A stretch of 64,000 bases of DNA from positions 1,058,267 through 1,122,266 of the forward strand of contig CAWIVE010000003.1 in NCBI GenBank assembly GCA_963839545.1. Direction: 5' to 3'. Positions 57,699-64,000 of this stretch are shown here, piece after piece (position 1 is the first letter of the stretch; every line of letters begins with the position of its first letter). Origin of the DNA: an uncultured Actinomycetes bacterium. GTDB taxonomy: Bacteria; Actinomycetota; Acidimicrobiia; Acidimicrobiales; CADCSY01. A program made the translations under genes and the position numbers. Under the pieces are notes generated by a model. The model saw nothing but the letters and a program-made list of their open reading frames with translations. It was not told the origin of the DNA and ran no database searches.

Positions 57699-58597
57699 GG
57701 TTCAGCATCACCCACCCCCTGATCGCCCACCCGTACGACCCGGGCCTCGCCAGTGGGGCGGGCATCGCGTCGGTGGCGCGGGCGGCCGAGGCGGCCGGGT
57801 TCTCCGGGTTCGGCTTCACCGACCACCCTGCGCCGTCCCGACGCTGGCTCGAGGGTGGCGGCCACGACGCCGTCGACCCCTTCGTGGCGCTCGGGTTCGC
57901 CGCCGCCCACACCACGACCCTCCGGCTCGTCCCCAACATCGTCGTGCTGCCCTACCGCAACCCCTTCCTGGTGGCCAAGGCGGGCGCCACGCTCGACCGC
58001 CTCTCGGACGGCCGGTTCACCCTCGCCGTGGGCGCCGGGTACCTCAAGAGCGAGTTCGCCGCGCTCGGCGTCGCCCACGAGGAGCGGAACGAGCTGTTCG
58101 ACGAGGCGCTCGAGGTCATCCACCTCGCCTGGACCGGCGACGAGGTCACGTTCGACGGCCGCCACTTCTCGGCGCGGCAGGTGGCGGCCCATCCGCGCCC
58201 GGTGGCGGACCCTCGCCCCCCGATCTGGATCGGCGGCAACTCGTCGGCCGCTCGCCAGCGTGTGGCCGACCACGCCGAGGGCTGGTGCCCCTTCCCGGCG
58301 CCGCCTGTCCTGGCTCGGACGGCACGCACCGTCCCGATGGACTCGGTCGACGCGCTGGCCGAGGGGGTGGACGACCTGCGGCGACGACTGGACCGGTCGG
58401 GGCGAGATCCGGAGGGCGTCGACGTCTGCTTCGCCGCCCCGTCGGGCGGTGGGGCCGGCGGGCACCTCGGTGCCCTCGAGGACCTGGCCCGGATCGGGGT
58501 GACGTGGGTGCAGGTGCCCGTCCCCGGCGACAGCGTCGAGCACGCGGTCGAGACGGTCCAGCGCTACGGCGAGGAGGTCATCGGTGCTCTCACGTGA
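57695..58597 (+). CDS. Luciferase-like monooxygenase (LLM-class, possibly F420-dependent) oxidoreductase
   Basis: Tail of ORF 57479..58597 from GTG 57695 (GTGA overlap). VRFSITHPLIAHPYDPG...FGFTDHPAPS...RFTLAVGAGYLKSEF...IWIGGNSSAARQRVADHAEGWCPF. Confidence 0.8.
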   Translation: MRFSITHPLIAHPYDPGLASGAGIASVARAAEAAGFSGFGFTDHPAPSRRWLEGGGHDAVDPFVALGFAAAHTTTLRLVPNIVVLPYRNPFLVAKAGATLDRLSDGRFTLAVGAGYLKSEFAALGVAHEERNELFDEALEVIHLAWTGDEVTFDGRHFSARQVAAHPRPVADPRPPIWIGGNSSAARQRVADHAEGWCPFPAPPVLARTARTVPMDSVDALAEGVDDLRRRLDRSGRDPEGVDVCFAAPSGGGAGGHLGALEDLARIGVTWVQVPVPGDSVEHAVETVQRYGEEVIGALT

Positions 58598-59387
58598 GGC
58601 CGTGTCCCTGGACGGGGTCGTGGCGGTCGTCACGGGCGGCGGCGCGGGGATCGGGCGGGGGATCGCGGCGGGGCTGGCGGCGTTCGGCGCCCGGGTCGCG
58701 GTGTGGGAGCGGGACGCCGAGCGGTGCGAGGCGGTGGCCGCCGAGGTCGGCGGGGTGGCCTGCGTGGCGGACGTCCGCGACGAGGAGCAGGTCGACGCCG
58801 CCCTGCGCCGGACGATCGACGAGCTGGGCACCCCGACGGTGCTGGTCAACAACGCCGGCGGCGTCTTCGTGGCCCCCCTCCTGGAGGCCAGGCCCAAGGG
58901 CTGGGATGCGCTCATCCGGTCGAACCTCACCCACGTCCTGCTGTGCACCCAGCGCGTGGCCCGGGCGATGGTCACCGCCGAGCGGGCCGGCAGCATCGTG
59001 AACATCACGTCGATCGAGGGCACGCGCGCCGCCCCCGGCTACGCCGCCTACGCCGCGGCCAAGGCGGGGGTGGTCAACTTCACCAAGACGGCGGCGCTCG
59101 AGCTCGCCCCCCACGGGATCCGGGTCAACTGCCTGGCCCCCGACGTCACCATGACCGAGGGGCTGCGCGCCGTGGCGCCCCCGGGGTTCGAGGGAGGTGT
59201 GGCGTCGATGATCCCGATGGGCCGAGCGGGCCACGTCGACGACCTGGCCGGGGCGGCGGTGTTCCTGGCCTCGGACCTGTCGAGCTACGTGACCGGGCAG
59301 ACCCTCCACGTCGACGGCGGCACCGCCGCGGCCGGCGGCTGGTACCGGCGGCCGGATGACGGCACCTACGTCCTCGGTCCCGGCTGA
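58584..59387 (+). CDS. SDR family oxidoreductase
   Basis: Intact 267-aa ORF with VVTGGGAGIGRGIA, NNAGG and YAAAKAGV. An alternative start is GTG 58602, just after the upstream stop. Confidence 0.9.
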   Translation: MLSREAVSLDGVVAVVTGGGAGIGRGIAAGLAAFGARVAVWERDAERCEAVAAEVGGVACVADVRDEEQVDAALRRTIDELGTPTVLVNNAGGVFVAPLLEARPKGWDALIRSNLTHVLLCTQRVARAMVTAERAGSIVNITSIEGTRAAPGYAAYAAAKAGVVNFTKTAALELAPHGIRVNCLAPDVTMTEGLRAVAPPGFEGGVASMIPMGRAGHVDDLAGAAVFLASDLSSYVTGQTLHVDGGTAAAGGWYRRPDDGTYVLGPG

Positions 59388-59394
59388 CCCGGGC

Positions 59395-59439
59395 TTTGGG
59401 CACGCAGATCCCGGTACAACCGGCATCTGCGTGCCCAAA
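59395..59439 (+). terminator. Perfect 15-bp stem hairpin after the SDR stop
   Basis: TTTGGGCACGCAGAT, loop cccggtacaaccggc, ATCTGCGTGCCCAAA. The loop can extend the stem via CCGG/CCGG. It starts 8 nt after TGA 59385-59387. No U-tract follows. Confidence 0.55.
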
Positions 59440-59462
59440 CGCTCCACCTAACCTCGGCCGGC

Positions 59463-59878
59463 ATGGCGACCGTCAACCACGTGGGGCTGTGCGTCACCGA
59501 CCTCGAGCGCTCCCGCGCCTTCTACGAGGGCGCTCTGGGGTTCCGCCACCGGTCGGACCTCGACGTGCCCGACGGTCCGGCCGGCACCCTGCTCCGGGTG
59601 GCGCCGCCGGTCGGGCTGCGGGCCGTCTACCTCGAGCGGGACGGGTGGGTCCTCGAGCTGCTGCACTTCGACCGGCCCGGCAACGAGCCCCGCCGCGACC
59701 GGCCCTTCACCGAGCCGGGCCTCACCCACATCTCGTTCGCCGTCGACGACCTGGCGGCGGCGTGCGAGCTCGTGGCCGAGCACGGCGGCGAGGTCCTGGA
59801 GGACACCGAGTCGGGGGGATGGCCATCATGGTCCGCGACCCCGACGGCCAGCTGCTGGAGCTCTTGCCCCGGCCTTGA
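59463..59878 (+). pseudogene. VOC/glyoxalase-family protein, one frameshift
   Basis: ORF 59463..60041 reads MATVNHVGLCVTDLERSRAFYEGALGF...GLTHISFAVDDLAAACELVAEHGGEVLEDTESGG. It should continue MAIMVRDPDGQLLELLPRP* (frame of ORF 59396..59878). One G is missing from the G-run near 59815. Confidence 0.8.
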
Positions 59879-60014
59879 GTCGAGGGCAGGTTCCTCTCGA
59901 CGACGATCGACGCTCTGGCGGGCTCGGTTCACAGCGACCATGGTCTGTCCGTGCCCGCCTGCGACTGCAGCCCCAGCTACGACCTGCACCAGACGAAGTG
60001 AGGGCGACCGGCAT

Positions 60015-60030
60015 CTGACAGCCACGTCAG
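60015..60030 (+). promoter_or_regulatory. Operator-like site (site 12)
   Basis: CTGACAGCCACGTCAG followed by GTTTCTCG and a TAGCCT -10-like hexamer. It lies 23 nt upstream of ATG 60054. Confidence 0.55.
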
Positions 60031-60053
60031 GTTTCTCGTAGCCTCCCCGAGGC

Positions 60054-60871
60054 ATGCCGATCCACTACGAGCAGCTCGAGGGCCACGTCGCTCGGATCAC
60101 GATCGACCGGCCGGAGGCCCGCAACTCGCTGGACCTCTACCACTTCCGTGACCTGGCGACCGCCTGGCGCCGGTTCCGTGACGACCCCGACGACTGGGTG
60201 GCGATCGTCACCGGCGTGCCCGGGCAGTTCATGTCCGGCGCCGACCTGAAGACCTACATCCCCCAGATCACCAAGCTGCAGAAGGAGATCCAGGAGGGCG
60301 GGGTCGACCGAGATCGACGGGTGCCAGCTGCCGCGACGGCACCGACGCCGTGCTGCGCAGCCTGAAGATCTACAAGCCGATCATCGCCGCCGTGGACGGG
60401 CCCGCGCGTCGCCGGCGGGATGGAGATGCTCGGCGGGGTGGACATCCGCGTCGCCACGGAGCGGGCCGTGTTCGGCGTGATGGAGCCCAAGCGGGGCCTC
60501 TTCGCCGGGGGTGGCACCACCGTGCGCCTCCCCCGGCAGGTGCCGTTCCCGGCGGCGATGGAGTTCCTGCTCACCGCCGAGGCCTTCCCCGCCAGCCGGG
60601 CGCTGGAGCTCGGGCTCCTCAACGAGATCGTGCCCGTCGACGACCTCGCCGACCGGGCCCTCGAGTGGGCCCGGCGCATCACCGCCAACGCCCCGCTGGC
60701 CGTGCAGGCGACGAAGGAGAGCGTCCTCCGGGGGCTGGCCGCCGCCGACCAGAAGGAGGCGCTACCGCATCGAGTCCGAGCTGGCCGGCAGGATCTTCTC
60801 AGAGCGAGGACGCCAAGGAGGGTCCGAAGGCGTTCGCCGAGAAGCGGGACCCGGTGTGGCAGGGCCGGTGA
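60054..60871 (+). pseudogene. Enoyl-CoA hydratase/isomerase family protein, ~5 frameshifts
   Basis: MPIHYEQLEGHVARITIDRPEARNSLD...IVTGVPGQFMSGADLK...EIQEGGV / TEIDGCQL / DGTDAVLRSLKIYKPIIAAVDGP / CVAGGMEMLGGVDIRVATERAVFGVMEPKRGLFAGGGTTVRLPRQVP...ANAPLAVQATKESVL...QKEA / YRIESELAGRIFS / SEDAKEGPKAFAEKRDPVWQGR*. Confidence 0.8.
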
Positions 60872-62358
60872 CCATCGACCCCCGGACGCCGTGCCTGATC
60901 GGCGCTGCGCAGCGGACGGTGCACCCGGGCACGGGGCCGTCGCCCGAGCCCCTGGAGCTGTGGGCGGACGTGGCCCGACGGGCGGCGGACGATGCGCTCC
61001 CCGGCGGCGGGGCGCGCGTCCTGCGGTCGGCCGAGAGCCTCCAGGTCGTCTACTGCATGAGCTGGCCCTACGACGCGCCGGCCGACCGGCTGGCCGCCGC
61101 GCTCGGCATCGAGCCCGGCCACCGCCTCTACTCCGGGATCGGTGGCACCACCCCGCAGGTCCTCGTGCAGGACGTGGCCACGGCGATGCTCGGCGGCGAG
61201 ATGGACCTGGCCGTCATCGTCGGCGCCGAGGCCCTCGAGACCAAGCGGCAGGCCAAGAAGGCGGGGGAGCGGCTGGCCTGGAGCCATCGCGACCCGGAGC
61301 CGCCGCCGTTCCCGTTCGAGGCGCCGTTCCACCCGGCCGAGGTGGCCCACCAGGTCTTCCAGGCGTGGCTGACCTTCCCGGTCTTCGACATCGCCCGCCG
61401 CGCCCGCCTCGGCACGGCGCCTGCGAGCTACGCGCCGCGAGGTGGGGGAGCTGCTCGCGCCCTTCAGCGAGGTGGCGGCCGAGAACCCCTACGCCTGGTT
61501 CCCGACCCGGCGGTCCGCCGACGAGCTGGCCACCCCCACCCCGGAGAACCGCATGGTCGGCTACCCGTACACGAAGCAGTCGGTGTCGATCATGGACGTC
61601 GACATGGCGGCGGGCCTCGTCGTGGCCACCCACGCCCGGGCCGACGAGCTCGGCGTCCCCGCCGACCGCCGGGCCTACCTGCAGGGGTGGTGCTACGCGA
61701 CGGACCCGGTGTACCTGGCCGAGCACCCCGACCTCTCGTCCTCGCCCGCCATGGCGTCCGGCGCCGTCCGAGGCGCTCGAGTGCGCCGGGGTCGGCATCG
61801 ACGACGTCGCCCACCTCGACCTGTACAGCTGCTTCGCCAGCTCCGTGCACCTGGCCTGCGACGCGCTCGGCATCGGCCCGAGCGACGGGCGCAGCCTCAC
61901 GGTGACGGGCGGCCTGCCCTTCGCCGGCGGCGCCGGGTCGCAACTACATGCTCCACTCGATCGCCACCATGCTCGACGTGCTCCGCGGCGATCCCGGGTC
62001 GCTCGGGATGGTCAGCGGCGTCGGGATGCACATGACCAAGCACGCGTTCGGCCTCTACTCGACCGCCCCGCCGCCGGGGGGTTGCGTCCGGCCGCCCGGT
62101 CCGGCGCCGGCGCCCGCCACCGTCCCCATCGCCGATGTGTTCACCGGCGACGCGACCGTCGCGTCCTACACGGTGGCGCACGGGCGCCCCGGCGGGCCGG
62201 AGTGGGGCCTGGTGATCGCCGACCTCCCCGACGGGCGTCGGGCCTACGGCCGCGTGGAGGAGCCGGAGCTGCTGCAGTCCCTGGAGGCCGAGGAGTGGGT
62301 CGGCCGCACGGTCCGGCTCTCGGAGGGGGAGCGGGGCGTCAACCTGGTGAGCGCCTGA
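60868..62358 (+). pseudogene. Thiolase-like protein with C-terminal OB-like extension (~496 aa), three frameshifts
   Basis: GTG 60868 (GTGA overlap) gives VTIDPRTPCLIGAAQRTVHPG...GIGGTTPQVLVQDVATAMLGGEMDLAVIVGAEALETKR...ASYA. It continues REVGELLAPFSEVAAENPYAWF...NRMVGYPYTKQSVSIMDVDMAAGLVV...PAMAS, then SEALECAGVGIDDVAHLDLYSCFASSVHLACDALGI...TGGLPFAGGAG. It ends NYMLHSIATMLDVLRGDPGSLGMVSGVGMHMTKHAFGLYS...YGRVEEPELLQSLEAEEWVGRTVRLSEGERGVNLVSA*. Confidence 0.75.
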
Positions 62359-62411
62359 CCGTTCTTCGGTTCTCTCCCTACCGCTGGTGTCGGGAGAGAA
62401 CCAAAGAACGG
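62359..62411. repeat. Palindromic extragenic repeat, copy 2
   Basis: CCGTTCTTCGGTTCTCTCCC, loop taccgctggtgtc, GGGAGAGAACCAAAGAACGG. The stem is 20 bp with one C/A mismatch and starts immediately after the thiolase-like stop. Confidence 0.75.
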
Positions 62412-62431
62412 GCCAGCTACGGTCCTTTCCC

Positions 62432-63167
62432 GTGCGTGGCCGATCGAGGGTGGCGATCGTCACCGGCGGCAGCAGCGGCATCGGCCTCGAGGTCGGGCGC
62501 CGACTCGTGGCTCGGGGCGACGACGTGGTGCTGACCGCTCGGACGGCGTCGCGGCTCGAGGCGGCGGCGGCCGAGATCGGCGCCCGCTGGAGCGCGGCCG
62601 ACAGCGCCGACCCCGACCAGTTCCGGACCGTCGTGGAGGCGGCCGGCAGGGTCGACCTCCTGGTCCACGCCGCCGGGATCATGGAGGGGACGCTTCGTGC
62701 GCACGGAGGCCCTCGACACCTTCGAGCGGGTGCTCCGCACCAACCTCACCTCCGCCTTCGTGGTGGCCTCCGCCGCCCTCCCGGCCATGGCTCCCGGCGG
62801 GCGCATGGTGTTCCTCTCGTCCAGCTCGGCGCACTCGCCCCAGCCGGGCCGGTCCGCGTACTCGGCCTCCAAGGCGGGGCTCAACGCGTTCGCGTTCGCG
62901 CTGGCGGCGGAGGTCGAGCGCGACGGCATCGCCGTCCACGTCCTCACGACCGGACCGGTGGCCACGCCGATGCTCGACGACGTGCGCTTCCCCATGCGCA
63001 CCCTCGACGTGGCGGAGGTGGCGGACGCGGTCGTGTGGCTCGACGAGCTCCCCGGCAACGTGGTCCTCCCGGAGGTCCGGATGTCGTCGGTCGACAGCGG
63101 CCCCTTCGCGCCCGAGGCGTTCGTGCCCGAGGCCGCCCGCCGCCTGGGCCGCACCGAGCTCTCCTGA
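62432..63167 (+). pseudogene. SDR family oxidoreductase, one frameshift
   Basis: VAIVTGGSSGIGLEVGRRLVARGDDVVLTART...LLVHAAGIMEGT in ORF 62387..63949. An indel near 62690 shifts the frame, after which it continues FVRTEALDTFERVLRTNLTSAF...SAYSASKAGLNAF... in ORF 62697..63167. The start is GTG 62432 or GTG 62450. Confidence 0.8.
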
Positions 63168-63949
63168 TGGACCTCGGGCTCGCCGGCCGGGCCGCGATCG
63201 TCACCGGCGCCAGCCGGGGCATCGGCCGGCAGGTCGCGCTCCAGCTCGCGGCCGAGGGCTGCCGGGTGCTGCTCGTGGGGCGCGACCGGGATGCGCTCGC
63301 CGCCGTGCAGGCCGAGACCGGCGACGCCGCGGTACCGCTGGCCTGCGACGTCACCGACGACTCCAGTGCCGACCTGATGGTCGCCGAGTGCCGGCGGGCG
63401 TTCGGGCGCCTCGACATCGTCGTGAACAACGCCGGCTCCGCGGCACCGAAGCCCCTCGTCGAGCTCACGCCCGCCGACTGGCAGCAGGGCCTCGACGTCA
63501 ACTTCCTCGCCGCCGCCCGCCTCTCGATCGCCGCCCTGCCGGGGATGCAGGCCGCGGGCTGGGGGCGGCTGGTGCACGTCGCCTCCATCAGCGGCCGGGA
63601 GCCCGACCCCCTGTTCGCTCCCTACTCGGCGGCCAAGGCCGCCCTGCTCAACCTCTCCACCTCGCTCTCCCGGGCGGCGGCCGCCGACGGGGTGCTGAGC
63701 AGCTGCGTGATCCCCGGGGTCACGGTCACGGAGCTCGTGCGGGACAACGCCCTCGCCACCGCCGAGCGCACCGGTCGCCGCCCCGAGGAGGTCATGGAGC
63801 GGCTGCTGGCGAAGCCCGGCGTGGCCGCCGGTCGCTTCGGCCGGCCGGAGGAGGTCGCCGCCGCGGTGGTCTTCCTCGCCAGCGACGCCGCCTCGTGGAT
63901 CACCGGAGCGACGCTGGAGGTCGACGGAGGCACGCTACGGGCGACGTGA
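63167..63949 (+). CDS. SDR family oxidoreductase (3-oxoacyl-reductase-like)
   Basis: Tail of ORF 62387..63949 from ATG 63167 (TGATG overlap). AIVTGASRGIGRQVA, NNAGS, YSAAKAAL. Confidence 0.9.
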   Translation: MDLGLAGRAAIVTGASRGIGRQVALQLAAEGCRVLLVGRDRDALAAVQAETGDAAVPLACDVTDDSSADLMVAECRRAFGRLDIVVNNAGSAAPKPLVELTPADWQQGLDVNFLAAARLSIAALPGMQAAGWGRLVHVASISGREPDPLFAPYSAAKAALLNLSTSLSRAAAADGVLSSCVIPGVTVTELVRDNALATAERTGRRPEEVMERLLAKPGVAAGRFGRPEEVAAAVVFLASDAASWITGATLEVDGGTLRAT

Positions 63950-64000
63950 CCCCTCGAGGCAGTGCGGCAGGTCGGCCCGCACCACCTTCCCCATCGCGTT
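63935..64000 (-). CDS. Possible 3' end of a minus-strand gene entering from the right edge (AMP-ligase-like tail?)
   Basis: Minus-strand reading of the last 66 nt gives NAMGKVVRADLPHCLEGSRRP*, which resembles the xxGKxxRxxL tail of adenylate-forming enzymes. The fragment is too short for a firm frame or family call. Confidence 0.25.
   Translation of the reverse strand, partial: NAMGKVVRADLPHCLEGSRRP

Noticed and set aside
808-60030. The recurring 16-mer as a CRISPR array or mobile-element terminal repeat
   Set aside because: The copies are kilobases apart, always in promoter gaps, degenerate at the centre and not flanked by cas or transposase genes. The pattern fits a transcription-factor operator, not a repeat-spacer array or an IS end.
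1-64000. tRNA, rRNA, riboswitch or prophage/integrative element content
   Set aside because: Intergenic regions are short, mostly under 150 bp, and none showed cloverleaf-like or rRNA-like sequence on reading. No integrase, transposase, capsid or terminase-like ORFs were seen. I ran no covariance-model scan, so small ncRNAs cannot be strictly excluded.

Overview
Very GC-rich (about 70 % by eye), gene-dense, actinobacterial-style chromosomal segment. I count about 59 protein-coding loci and recognise no rRNA, tRNA, CRISPR, transposase, integrase or phage genes. The content is mostly lipid/steroid/terpenoid-type catabolism. It holds 7 acyl-CoA dehydrogenase (ACAD) genes, arranged as small/large pairs plus one fused double-ACAD. 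It also holds 3 cytochrome P450s, a Baeyer-Villiger monooxygenase, 3 AMP-dependent ligases, a family-III CoA-transferase and 2 crotonases. Further genes include an SCP-x-type thiolase with a DUF35 partner, a second thiolase-like gene, a thioesterase II, 4 PF04909-type amidohydrolases, an aldehyde dehydrogenase, 5 SDRs, 3 MDR dehydrogenases, 2 VOC proteins, an LLM oxidoreductase and an arylsulfatase. Regulation and transport are represented by 4 TetR loci (one a tandem double TetR), a LIV-type ABC importer, an ABC-2 exporter and one PAS-GGDEF-EAL protein. Many genes are chained by ATGA/GTGA start-stop overlaps, and several look leaderless. Two observations stand out. First, a 16-bp pseudo-palindrome CTGACAC-N3-CGTCAG recurs at 12 promoter-proximal sites, mostly in very short divergent intergenic gaps, which suggests one regulon spanning the window. 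Second, about 26 loci are broken by single-base indels that cluster strongly at 7.5-8.8 kb, 48.9-54.5 kb and 60.3-62.7 kb, while stretches of up to about 10 kb are clean. After frame correction the proteins read cleanly, so local consensus error is at least as likely as real gene decay. All coordinates, frameshift positions and counts come from manual reading of the sequence and the ORF track. No database search was run.
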